The position numbers were made by a program, and so were the translations under genes. Shown in pieces: positions 40,301 to 53,379 of a stretch of 64,000 bases of DNA. The DNA comes from Paraspadella gotoi (taxonomy: Eukaryota > Animalia > Chaetognatha), in the NCBI GenBank assembly GCA_051294375.1, contig CM119265.1, positions 11,285,818 through 11,349,817 of the forward strand, in the 5' to 3' direction. The notes under the pieces are model-generated. The model was not told the origin of the DNA. It searched no databases and saw nothing but the letters and a program-made list of their open reading frames with translations. Every line of letters begins with the position of its first letter. Positions within the stretch are counted from its first letter, which is position 1.

Positions 40301-42559
40301 CACTATTTTTGATGGGGATTAACGTTTGAAGCCCTCTGCCTTATCCACTACGGGGAATCCCCGCCACTATTTTTGATGGGGATTAACATTTGAAGCCCAA
40401 TCCCCGCCACAAATCACAAGATCTGTTCATCATGGGCAGTCCTTGTTATAAAAATATTTTAACTGAAAACATAAAAAACATTAATGATCCTAATTTCAAA
40501 ATAAATAATTTATTTGCATTTAGATTCAATCCTAAACCCTATATTTTATTTTATATCTCTCTCTCTGTCTACCTCCTCTCTCTTTTTATTTTTCTATTTT
40601 CATCTCTCTCTCTCTTTCCTCTCTTTCAATCTCTATCTCTCTTTCTTTCTCACTCTATTTCTTTTTTGTATATTTTTATCTCTCTCTCTCTTTCTATCTC
40701 TCTCTCTTTCTCACTCTATTTCTTTTTCTATTTTTATCTCTTTCTCACTTTCTCTCTCTCTCATTCTACCTCTCTCTTTTTTTTTCTTATCACTCTCTCT
40801 CTGTCTCTTTCTCTCTCTCTCCCTTTCACGCTCTCTCCCTTTCTCTCTCTTTGTATCTCTAATTCTCTATCTCTTTTTCACTTTATTTCTTTTTTTATAT
40901 TTTTGTCTCTTTCTCACTTTTTTTCTCTCTCTCTCTGTCTACCTCTCTCTCTTTCTTTTTGATTTTCATATCTCTCTCTCTCTCTCTTTCTCAAGGGTAT
41001 ACTTGAGATTCTCGGCTATAAAGCCATGGTGTCCGGCCAACGAGTCTTTTGTCCACCATGACCGGACCACGTCGGCCGGCTAATTTTTGCCGCCGGGACT
41101 CGAGGACGCGGATCGAGAAAAAAAATCTCAAATCGAGAGAAATCCGCTAATCAATAAGAGACTACGTCTTGGGATCGCAATCGTGGAAAAAAAAAATTTT
41201 ACTTATTTTCTATGAAATGATAAAAATTTGAAAAACATGTAAAAACAGGCGTCGGAAAAATTGACAGAGAGAGAGATGAACTTATTTACAATGTTTGAAT
41301 TGTTTTTAAGAAAAAGGGTCAATCAAATCAACTTGAAAATAGGCAAAAATGAAGTACAGATTCAAAAAGTTGAGCTCCTGGCGATTCCGGTCACCTTTAT
41401 TTTTATTTTTTATTTTTATGTTCTAAATCTTATGGAACATCTTATGCAAACCACAAATTATCAAATATGACCCCCCAAAAAAAGTCAGTTCTTTATAAAC
41501 TATACTATACTATGCATTTAAAAATTATCTTGACATAAAATATTGAAGTGTATTTTTTTTTTTTAGTGTTTCTGGAAACCATCCACGATTGTGTGAAATT
41601 TGTGGAAAAGAATTTTTGTTGGTAGAAGATCTTCGGAAGCATATTTTTAAGCATAAAAAAGAAGCTAAGCCAGTTACTAAAAAGAGATGTACTTATATAG
41701 AGAATACTATAAATTATAATTTTGTTTTCCAGCATATTTTATTGGTGTTGTTGAAATACAACTACCAGAAACATTTTTAAAGGAATTGCCGTGGTTGTTA
41801 AATTAAACTGAAAACTTTATACGTTGTTTACTATACGTAGCATAGAATAAGAATACCGAGCTGTGTTTGGACAAAAATTTAAACAAACCTAAATGGATGA
41901 AAAAAATTAAGAAAAAAATTAAATAAATGCTAATTATAAGTGTGAAGTATGCGATTCAGATTTCTTCTTTAAAACTGAATTAGTTAAGCATTTGAATGCT
42001 GTTCATAGCTATCCTACCATATAAGTGTAAAATTTGTGGAAAAGGCATTTTAAGTTACGTGACCATTTATACAAGCACAAATCTATTCATGATGTTAAGA
42101 AGACTTTTAGCTGTGTGGCATGTGAAAGAATTTTTTGCAACTTTAGAGAGTTTAAGGAATCATGAAAGATATGATCATGATAAACACCCTAAAAAAAGAT
42201 ACCCTTGTGAATTATGTGGGAAAACTTATTGTAAAAAATATCTGATTCATTTACATAAATTACGTTTTCACAGTGCAACTGAGGAACTAAACCTCGTAAA
42301 TAGAAAAAAATTCAGCCGACAGAAACGGGTCACATGTGATTTGTGTGGAAAAGAAATAAGTCCTGGAAATCTTCCTCGCCATAGATATATAGCCCATTTT
42401 AAAAAAAGAACGGTCAAAAGACCCTCTATTGAAAGAAATGCAGATAAGAAGCAAAAAAGTAGCAAATTGAAAAAAGAAGTTGCCAAGGAATGCACTTATG
42501 CATCGGATGATGAATATGAAACTGATCTGCCTCTGAAGCGCGCTGTCAAGTCATTGCCC

Positions 42560-42810
42560 AATTCTCCCAAAATCATGAACAAGAAGGAGCAGCATTTGCT
42601 TTACAGTATTTTTTGAAGCTAAATGTTAGCCGTCCATCTATTTATCACGTAATACAAAGAGTAAAGTCTGGAGATACTCTCAAGCACAAAAAAGGCGCAG
42701 GGCGTCCAAGAAAACTCACGGCAAGACAGTCGCGTACCATCGTGAAAGGAATGGAAAATAAATTGGGTTTTCTACGAGAAAGCTGGCGTCTCGATTGAAG
42801 GTCCCTACGC
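42560..42810 (+). mobile_element. Tc1/mariner transposase N-terminal (HTH) fragment
   Basis: LNVSRPSIYHVIQRVKSGDTLKHKKGAGRPRKLTARQSRTIVK: HTH followed by the GRPR linker. Confidence 0.7.
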
Positions 42811-43229
42811 CACATTTCACTAGAAAATCGTGATTTTTTTGGTTCAACTTGTTTGTCTGTATTTAGTTAACGTTATTAGTATTAAAAAATTATATTTTGT
42901 ATTTATATTTATAATAAAATGTTATAAACTTTAACACATTCAATCTTTTGTCTCAATAATTATGTGTCAGATGTTAGAACGGTATTCTGTGTTACCTAAT
43001 ATAAAGTTTTAGTGATAATTTACTCAGTAATAATAAGAGTTTACAACATTTGTTATATAATTAGGTGGAAAAATTATTATACTATTAATAATACAGTAAA
43101 AAAATCTATTTTTAGTAATAAAAAAGTTACAAAAGTTAGGAATGGAATTTAACGCCTAAATATGGTTAAAAAATTAATCATATGGTTATCATAGCATCAA
43201 TCCTTTGGTTATCATCGCATCAATATTTG

Positions 43230-43480
43230 GTTATCATCAATAATCAATTACTATTACATCAATCAATCAATTACTATTACGTCAATCAATCAATTACTAT
43301 TACATCAATCAATCAATTAGATTTATATTAATCAATCAATTACTATTACATCAATCAATTACTATTACATCAATCAATTACTATTACATCAATCAATCAA
43401 TTACTATTACATCTATCAATTACTATTACCCCAATCAATTACTATTACATTAAACAATCAATTACTATTACATCAATAAT
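43230..43480 (+). repeat. Minisatellite (atcaatcaattactattac)n
   Basis: 19-23 bp units differing by ATCA copies. Confidence 0.85.
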
Positions 43481-45031
43481 TCGTTATTGCATCAATCATT
43501 CGGTTTTTTCTTCGGAATTTTTCATTTTCTTTGGCGAGATCACAATACTTTAAAAAACTTTAGTTGCGCAGCGAGTATTCTCAGAGCAACTCTATAAGTC
43601 ACTTTTTGGTCGGTTGGTCTGTCCCATTTACGTTAAAAAAGCTAACTCGCTTATAATTGATTGCTCATTTGTTAAGACAGTAAACAAGTTGGAGCAAACA
43701 ATGTCGTAACTGCCTACGATAATTAAGCGGTAATCAGATGATAAATCACTATAATTCTTTGAATTTTTGCATCATTTTTTTAATTTTAAAGGCCTGTACT
43801 AAACCTGGAACGAAAGATTGAAAACATTTGTATCTCGCTTTGCTATTACAAATTTAGGTGATAATGTGTAATGTTTCTTGTGACTCTATAACTCACTTTT
43901 TCGGTCCGTGGGTCGCCCCCTCAATATTGTTCGGGCACACACCTTATATCATGTCAGAAAATCGAATTATGATAAATTATGCAAAAAAATGATGTCCGTC
44001 GTCGTCTGTCCGTCCGTCGTCCGTCCGTCCCACCTTAGCAAAAAACACCAATTACTCGTGATTGGATGGATGGATTTTAATGAAATTTGTTTGTGGGATA
44101 GGTAAGTGTGTGATTGAGCTGGATATGAAGTTTCGATGGAATCGTCCGAGGGGAAATGAGTTTAAATGGAAAAAACAAAAAAAATATATTCACTATTTGA
44201 ACACCAATTGCTTATGAGTGGATGGGCTGATTGACCTGGAATTTTGTATGTGGGTAGGAAAGTGTGTGATTGAACAGGAAATCAAAGTTTCGATGGAATA
44301 GTTTGAGTGGAAATGAGTTTAAATGGAAAAAAACAAAAAACCTGTTTTACTAATTGATTATGCTTCTTTTTCTTTTATATTAATGTATATGCAGGATGTA
44401 TTAATAAATCAAATTATTAATCAGTTAATTAATCAATTAGTAAATAAATTAATCATAATTAATTATTAGTCAATCAATCCGTCCATCCGTCTTATCTTAG
44501 CAAAAAGCTCCAATAACTCGTGATTGGCTGGTTGGATTGGAATTAAATTTTGAGTGGAATGAGTGGAAATTAGTTTAAATGGAAAAAACATAAGTCGAAT
44601 TTACTAAAATCTTTTTTACTTATTTAACCAATAAATACTCTAATTAATCATAATTGGATGGATAGATTGAGTTGAAATTTTGTGTGTGGGGTAGGAAAAT
44701 GTGTGACGAAGCTTGATATAAAGTTTCAGTGAAACGTACCAGTGGAAATGAGTTTAAATGAAAAAAATATGAGTCACATTTACTTGAATCTTTTTATTTA
44801 TTTTAACCCATGATAGATTGAGATGAAATTTTGTGAGCCAGTAGGAAAGTGAGTGAAGAAGCTAGATATAAAGTTTTGACGGGAATGCAAGTTGAAAAAT
44901 ATATTGCAGTTGAAAAAATGATGCAAGTTAAAAAAATCTTAAAAGCATAAGGATCGTCGCTATTGCCATAAAAGAGAGAGGAGAAGAGAGAGAGAAGAGA
45001 GGTGAGAGAGAGAGAGAGAGTGAGAGAGAGT

Positions 45032-45062
<31 letters not shown>

Positions 45063-45634
45063 GAAGGAGACATAAATAAAAAAATCTTAAAAGACTCAAG
45101 ATCGAGCCAGAGCCCACTATCAAAGAAATTAATGAAAAAACCCGGGAAAAAAACGAATGAATCATGCGATAACGAATTATTGATTAATAGTAATTGATTA
45201 GGTAATACTAATTTGTTGATGTAATAGTAATTTATTGATGTAATAGGAATGATTATTGATTCGATGATAATCAATTATTGATGCGATGATAGTCATTCAC
45301 TGCTGTTGATGATAGTCATTAACTGATGCGATGATTGTCATTCATTGATGCGATGATAATCAATAAAACAAAAAAATGCGTGTATGAGTGAAAGAGAGAG
45401 AAGAGAAGAAAAGTAGAGAAATAATCCACGAAAATCTCGGATGAAAATAAAATAATCAAATTTTTCAAAAAACAAACGATCACGCAAGAGATCGGACAGA
45501 GAGGGACAGGCACACACAGAGAGAAAAGAGAGAGAGACAGCCGCTGCAGAGAAAAAGAGAGAGAGAAAGAGCGATATTAATAATTTAAAAGAGAGAGAAA
45601 GAGAGAAGCTCTACAGCCCCTTTACTCGTTAAAG

Positions 45635-45724
45635 AATCAGCAGTACCCATGGCGCTGGACGTAGCGTGAGCTTTCTCTACCCAAAGGACCCGGGTTCGCA
45701 CCCTGTTCGCGGCATCGTTTTTTA
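45635..45724 (+). repeat. tRNA-derived (SINE-like) Pol III cassette embedded in the composite repeat; inverted copies at ~30287-30375 and ~62470-62540
   Basis: A-box-like tggcgctggacgtagcg, B-box ggttcgcacc, then a tttttt terminator. Confidence 0.55.
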
Positions 45725-46637
45725 CATTAGTGAGCCCACATTTATTCTAAAATTTTTTTTGTAAAAGAAAAAAAAAAAAGACAGAGAGAGAGAGAGAGAG
45801 AGAGAGAAAGAAGCTGAGAGAGAAATCAGAAGAAGCGTGACGGGGGAAAAAGAGAGAGAGAGAGACGACATATATTTAAAAGAAAAGAGAGAGAGAGCGA
45901 CATATAATTAAAACGTTTTTGTTTTTGTAAATAAAACATAAACAAATACGCATATTGATATGAAACATGAGAATTTTAAAGATCTTGATCTTAGAAGCCA
46001 TATATGAAATTTCAACTCCCTTTGATATCACACTTCAGAAGCCATGATTGCAAAAAAGCGTGACCGAAAGCTAAACCGAATCAAAATCGATAATAGAGGA
46101 TATTTGTTTGTTTTGATAAAATGTAAACAAAACATTTAATAACTGTCCTGACTCAATTTTAAGGACATCGATGAGGACAAGCTGAATATAAATTATAATT
46201 AATTATTAAAATTAATTAATTAATTAATCTATTAATTAATTAATTAATTAATTAATTAATTATCTATTAATTAATAATTATCGTAGGCAGAATCCGGACA
46301 TTGTTTTGCTCAAACTTGTTAATTGAAGCCTAGAATGTTTGTCTACCAAACTGTGAATTTTTTTATCGGCCCGCACGTTTTTCAGATGCCAGTTCAATTT
46401 TTCTCGGTACTTTATTATTTTTTTAATTGACAATCGCAAAATAATTTTTTTTTGCTTTTTTTTTTTTAGAAACTGTAACTTTAATTTTCCTAGGTACTTT
46501 ATTATTTTTTTTATTGACCATCGCAAAATAGAATTTTTCTTTCTGTTTATTAATTAATTTTCTTTTCTCTCTCTCTTTCTCTCTCTCTCTTTTTCTTTCT
46601 CTCTCTCTCTTTTTCTTTCTCTCTCTCTCTTTCATTT

Positions 46638-46670
<33 letters not shown>

Positions 46671-47374
46671 CTCTGTCTCTCTTTTTTAAATGATTTATAT
46701 ATAAAACATAGTTTTCCTTTATCAAATTTGATTTTTTGAGTGTCAAAGTTTGTCATGGGTCCATATTTTTTTTATACAATTGCGACGATCCTTATGCTTT
46801 TAAGATTTTTAAAAAAGATTTTCTAGTTCAGTTTTTGGACGATGCTCATGCCGAAAATAGTCACATTTTGTTCGCTCACTGAAAACTAATTTACTGGAAA
46901 TTTAATCGGAAATCTAGGTGCTATTTGGGAAAAAAATTTGTCATTATTTTTACGTTTTTTGTTTGTTTTTTTAATTCCAGATTTAACTTTCTTCTTGCTC
47001 GAAAAAAATTGCATATATTTGTTTCATGTTTATGGTTTTTAATTTCATTTTAATGACAATTTTTGCATATTTTTTTTATTTCCAGTTTTATTTTTGTTTT
47101 TAATTTTTATTATTTAAAACTCGGAATTTAAACTGTTGCCGTGAATTTAAGCTAAAACTAGTCATTTTGCTCGATAACACATAACACATATTTTCTGCGT
47201 ATTTACGTAAATACTATTTAGCTTTACCTGTACCCAGTCAAAAGTGTTACAAAGTATTTCCTCTGTTTTTACATGTGTCAATCAAAATTACATCGATTTT
47301 ATTGAATCGTGAGACTACTATTTTTAAGCGCGTGAAAGACGTTAGAAGTTTTTTCAGTTAAACAATTCGATAGC

Positions 47375-47869
47375 ATGGATACTGATACACAGAAAACGCA
47401 TAAAACCAGTCGGAGGATCATATAAAAAATTATGTTGAGCTTAATTGTGTAATATGCAATTCCGACTTTTCATCTAAAAAAGAGTTTGTGCGGCTCCACA
47501 ATTTCGTTCATGCTCTGTCTTTTCAAGTGTGAATTTTGTGGAAAAGCATTTAGAACCCATGATAGCTTGTATAAACACCAGTTTACCCATAATACCAGTA
47601 AACGGTTTAATTGCGTCGCCTGCGTACAAAGTTTTACCTATCCAACCAGGTTGTTATATCACGAACTATATGTTCATGACAAAAAGCCAAGAAAGAAGTA
47701 TCATTTAAATTATCGCAAGAAAATGTTTACTTGTGAAATCTGTGGAAATATTTTGGCACGCCGATTTTCTTTAGCAAAACATAGGCAGCGGCGACTGAGG
47801 AAAACGAAGAAAATCAAAGGAGACGCAACAAAAGAAAAAGCGGCGTCTGGGAAAAGCTATACAAGTTGA
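47375..47869 (+). pseudogene. ZnF-D: remnant of exon 1 of the same C2H2 family
   Basis: CVICNSDF...FKCEFCGKAFRTHDSLYKHQFTH...FNCVAC...HELYVHDKKPRKKY. Has an early stop, a frameshift and one missing finger relative to ZnF-C. Confidence 0.75.
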
Positions 47870-50800
47870 GGGGTCTGATAACTCTTGCGTCATGATTTAA
47901 AATGAGCTTAAAATGCCTGTAAAAGATGGAGCACAGTTAGGTTTGTTGCCCATAAGGTTTTGGAGTACTTTTTAAAAAAAATTTGGCAGAAGGCATCGTT
48001 TTTGAACGAAATTTTAATGTCTCATGCTTAAATTACAGCATGGATTGACTTTTTATACAATATACATATAAGACCCCTTATGGCTGCTCTATATGCTGAT
48101 AAAATATAAAAAAAATCCTTTGGATAATAAAGTTTAATTTGCATAAAGTAGTGAATTTTACAATTATATCCTAATTGTTTTTATTCATTGATATTTTAAA
48201 AAAAACATTATACTACTAGATAGTAAACTTCATGAACATTTAAAAAAAATCATGTTTAAGGTTTTAATATAACTTGATGGTAAAAAAAATAATTTTTAAA
48301 TTTTGATCTAAAAAAGTACTTTATTATAAATAATAAAATTAAATAATATTTTTATTGCATTATGTAGCCCCTGATTAGCTGATTCACGATATAATTTTTT
48401 CTAAAAGTTAAGCCGTTTTTAATTAATAGCACCTAGAATCTTGGAAAAATGGTTATTTTTAAACCTTTATAAAAACTGATATAGTAATAATTTAATGATA
48501 TAACTGGGCACGAACAAAGATATGCATCTATATTTTTTTCTAATACTAAATAAATGGTTTTTATCGTATTCTAGTTGCAGCAGTTAAGCAGTATCTGCAA
48601 CTCAGTCATTCATTTTATTTATCTTGGTGCGGAGACGCTTATATCGCTGCTTACCATGATGGACAAACAAATTGTCGCGGTTACTTTCCAGCTATTTTTC
48701 GGCATTTTTTTTTTTTTTTTCAAAAAGTAAAACTTGCATATCGAGAAACTTTGGTCTTTTGTGATTCATATGAGCTGTGTCTCATTTATGTACGACCGAA
48801 AAAATGCTTCCTTCCTTTTTATCTTTTTCATATCTACACTTTTTATTTATACTAATTTCCGGTTCTTTTTTATTACTTTTTGAGTTAAACCGTTACTATT
48901 AAAAATCCCTGCCTTTTCTCACTCTCATGTCAAATAGTTATTGCTTCATCTCTATTAGGATAGATTCAGGGATGAATTCAGGGAAGGGAGGGAGTAAGAT
49001 GTGAAATTTGTAAAAAAAAAAGAGAGGAAAAATCAATACATTTGATAATGTACAACAAAGATAAATTAAGATAAAAACTAAATATAACAAAGATTGAAAT
49101 ATTTTTCACTTCATTGATAGGGAAGCCAGGTACTCTGGGAGTGAATAAACGAGACTGTGAGAGTCTTGATTGAAAGCTTGCAGGGACCTGCTATGTCATT
49201 ATCTTGTAAGAGTGATGGAGGCCTTAAATCATCAAAGCCTGTCCATTGTCCAAAGTCAGGGGCAAGATAGCTTATTTATTAAATGAATGGATAATTTTTA
49301 TATTGGTTGTACCAATTTCATAACAAAGATTAATAAATTAAATTAGTAAATTGATTGTTTGTGATTTTGAAGAGAAAGTCTAAATACAATGTCAGAGATA
49401 GAGCCAAACTTCGTCAATGGGGTGGGTCAGAAGTTTGATTTGGGAACCTTTCCAAATGAAATTTCATACATTTCTGAGAAAATTTTCAATGGAGCAAAAT
49501 TTTCTAAAATGGCAAGAAGCATTAGTAATTAATTTTTTAATATTTATTTATAGATAGGAAATGTCAAAAATTTTTTTTGAATTTTTTATTTTTAAAAGCA
49601 GATTCAAATAGCTTATAAAAAGTTATCTACACAAAGTATAATTCTTTTTTCAATATTTTGATGATAAGTGGGTTAAAATTGAGAAAAAACTTAAAAAATC
49701 ATCATCATCATCCGATAATTTTAGCAGTTTTTACTAATTTTTAGTAATAAAACATCAAAATTTTAAAAAGTTGTAATTATATTTTTTGCTTAACTTTTTA
49801 AGCTCTATCAGAATCAATTAAAAAAACTTAAAATATCCCAAAATATCTCTATTAGCGAATTATTCATGGTTCAGAAATTTTTGCAAAAAAATATTTTAAC
49901 ACAATAATTAATACCAATAATGGATTAGTTTAATGCTGTTCCCATTGAAATTTGAATTTGGTCGGCTACCGCTATCAGAGATATAATATTAACAATAATA
50001 TGAGTAGTCCTCTTGATCAAAAAGAGGTGAAAACAGTTGGAGACAACCTCTTTTGGAAGTATTTGAATTCATTAAATAATTTTATGCTGTTGAGAAATAA
50101 TCTTTTTATTCAGTCCTAGGGAGGTCATATTACATATTAAAAGCTATTTACCGGCCAAAAAATATATTTGACAATGAAATTAACTGACTTTTCCAAACTG
50201 CGAAAACAATTTTTTTCCATCATGGTATTCAATTCTTTCTATCATTTATTCAGTTTGATAATTACAAAAGAAACTTGCTAGTGACAGTTCAGTAGTCAGT
50301 TTCTTACTTCTCTCACGACGATAGTGAGAGAGTGGAAGAGAGAGACAGAGGCACAGAGAGAGAAACATTGAGAGGGAGACCGAGAGACACAGAGAGAGAC
50401 AGAGAGAGGTGAGGACAGATGAGAATGAGAGAGAGTGAAACGAAATGAAAACATAATCAATTCAGTACATGTAGAAAATGTTTATTATTTTCTATGCCAC
50501 GAGGGTCGCGCATTCGATTCGTCGGCCATAAGTTAAACTGGCTTTAAGTTTAACTTGGAGAAAGGTTTTCTAAATCTCTAATGACGTAAATGTCGAATAA
50601 ATGATGAATAAATCGTGAATAAGTTTATTTATTGTAGAGATAAATAAATGGCGAAATTAATGATGTACTATAAATTCAAGTAGAAAATCCTTGGATTCCG
50701 TAAAAACTACGGTTCCATACAGCCGATCTTTTTCAGAGAAACGATTATGATCGAATAACAAGTGACGAGGTTTTCGGCTAAAAGAAAGCTACGAGAAAGC

Positions 50801-52637
50801 GACTAACATCTGATACATAATTATTGAGACGGCTTCCGGGGCCTGTAGACGGTGTCCAGGACGACGTAGAAAGCTCTTTTTTTTTTAGTCGGATCTGCTT
50901 ATCAGCAGATCCGCTCTCTCTCTCTCTCTCTCGTGGATTTTTTTTCTAAATATTTTAAATATCAATCGATTATTTTTTTTTTCAATATATATTTACTTTA
51001 TTATTTTATTTTACTTTACTTCATTTTACTTCACTTTAGTCTTTACTTCACTTCGTCACGTCAGTCTGATTCAAGTTTCACTTTGTCTTTTGTCTGGGAA
51101 TGCTGACAGTGTTTAGAGAGGTCGCATTTGATCAAACTGCTCGCTTATCGGGCTAAAAGTAAAACAAAAGTACCTTCCAGAGTTTGACATTGCTAAAAAT
51201 TAAACTCGAAAATAAGTTATTTTACTGTTTTATATTTATTCTTTTTTTTTCTCAGGGTCTGCGTCTGCTGATCAGTTTATTTGACAATGAAATTTTTTTC
51301 TTTTCTTTTTCAGAAACTGTAACTTTAATTTTCCTAAAAGTATGCAAGTTGAAAAAATGATAAACGCTAAAAAATTGATACAAGCTGAATAATAATACAA
51401 GTTGAAAAAATGAAAAGTTTAATAAAATGATGCAAATTTAAAAAAAATATTATTATTGCCGCAGTAACAGTTCAGTTTAAGCATTTGAAAGTGATTTACA
51501 TGTATTGGCGCAGCCACTGGTTAGTCGTGTATTTATTATTGGCAAAACTTTTTCGTTAAGGTCCCGGATCACTCAATTCAAATTATAATTAGGCTAAAAC
51601 CGAGCTCGGATTTCGAAAGGAGAGCTCCTGACAATTCCGAAAATGTATTCATTTTACTATTTTTTCAAAAGCGTTATCGTTTTTTCGATTTTTTTTAGGT
51701 CACGAACTCCAATTCTATGAAAAGATACTTTCAAAATTTGCCTTCCTTCATAGAAAATTTGATTATTTTAGTCAATTTTTGGGATAAATTCCTTGATATC
51801 TTTGAAACGAAAAACATTTTTCCAAAATCGCGCTCATAGAATCTCCCCCACCTTTCCTTTCTTGCCCAAGATATTTTTTTCTTCAAGAAGAGTCCTGTGG
51901 TTTGAGCTGCAACTCTTCGTTTTTAACTTCACTTCTTCAAGAAAGTTAAATTCTGTACTCGTTACTTTTGCAAGATTCACCACAACATACACAAGCACGG
52001 GATGTGATGATGGAGTTTGTTCAACGCCGATGTCTTAAAAAAATGGCTTACTGTTTTTAATTTTTTTAAATTCAGATTTGATTTTTTTTTCAGAGATTTC
52101 CTAGAAAATAGGGCAACTATTTTATGATATTAATATTTACATAAAGTAAAAAGTCAAATTGAAATAAATTTGATAAGTTTTTTAACTCATAAAACTCATA
52201 AAAGCTGTGTAGAGTAGTTTGCTTTAGACTTATTAGTGATACAACTCCAAGTATGGACTTGTACCAAAGGAAGAATTAAATATAAGAAGTAGAAATTGAG
52301 CTTACTGTAAAGAATCAGTTTTAAGTTAAAAATTTGGTTGTAGAAATTTAGCTTACATTTAAAAAAATATTTTTCTCTTGAAAATCTAGTTTTACCGAAG
52401 AAAAAAATTTGTTTAAATTTTTATGAACATTTTAGGTAGATTTTTAAAAGTTTTCGATTATTTTTTAATAGAAAACCTCTTACAAGATGTGAGAAAATGA
52501 TTAAGATACAGTAAATTAAGATTTCTACAATATTAGGTTGAGTGATCCCTGGCCTTAAGTCTAAAGAAAAAAATATCGACAATAAAATATAGAAATTTTT
52601 CAATTATCATAGCTTTTCCCGATAATTTATTTATAAG

Positions 52638-53004
52638 GACGGCGAGATTTGCCAACTGCAGACGGACATCATGAACTTGGAGTTAACGCGCGAGAGCATG
52701 GCCAACGAGTTGGTCCAATTGTCCAACACGAATTCCACGCTGGAGGAAAGTGTCAAAGATTATCCTAGACTCAAGAACGCCTACCTCGTCATGGAGGAAA
52801 GGTCAGGCACAAATGTGGCCCGTTGTAACTCTTTAGATTGCGGAACATAATTATTTTTTTCGCCAGTTTAGATACAACGCCATGCTGCAAATGTACGGGG
52901 AGAAAGTGGAAGAGTTCGACGAACTCCGGATGGACTTGGAACACGTTAAGTCGATGTACAAGACACAGATCGAGGAATTGCTGCAGAAGACTTCTTTCCG
53001 TTGA
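52638..53004 (+). CDS. TMF1: TATA element modulatory factor (golgin TMF1), last two exons only (52638-52801, 52872-53004)
   Basis: DGEICQLQTDIMNLELTRESMANELVQLSNTN...ERYNAMLQMYGEKVEEFDELRMDLEHVKSMYKTQIEELL matches the TMF1 C-terminal domain. This frame is missed by the ORF track. Confidence 0.9.
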
Positions 53005-53379
53005 TTGCTCTCTCGTTTCCGTTAAATCCTATGGAAAGTTTGTGGCCGAGCGAGATCGATGAAATGTTGCTGAAGATCATCATGTTATGTCGACACAGAG
53101 ATTAGTAGTAATATAGAGTAGTTGTGGTATTTTGTTGCAAAATATTCCACTTCCCCGTGATCCGCTTAACAATGATCTAGTCAAAGATTGAAATAAATTT
53201 TACGCTTCAATCCTCAGTGTCCCTTAATATAAATGGAATTAGAACTATTTTTCTGATATTTGCTACATTGATATATGAACTATTTCGACGCACATTAATT
53301 TAGGCGGAGCGTGTTTCGTGTTATAATCTAATCCAAAGCTGCCAACCGGTCGAGCGAAGGTCTTTTGTTTAGAACTATC

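Larger units (their letters stand above)
36220..43881 (+). pseudogene. ZnF-C copy 2 in five descending pieces: E2 36220-36318, D+E1 38042-39526, B+intron+C 39544-41714, A 41712-42521, A0 43842-43881
   Basis: Each piece is closely similar to copy 1. Many single-base indels, mostly in homopolymers, reflecting either pseudogenisation or long-read error. Confidence 0.8.

Noticed and set aside
40390-41083. Hydrophobic L/S/F-rich or RE-rich ORFs (also ~30570-31340, ~44800-46760, ~59030-59430)
   Set aside because: CT/GA microsatellite translations within repeats.
49115-49530. Moderately GC-rich patches with short open frames
   Set aside because: No recognisable homology and no consistent splice structure.
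51780-52035. Minus-strand Cys motif (SRACVCCGESCK) suggestive of a transposase zinc finger
   Set aside because: Interrupted by stops and too short to assign.
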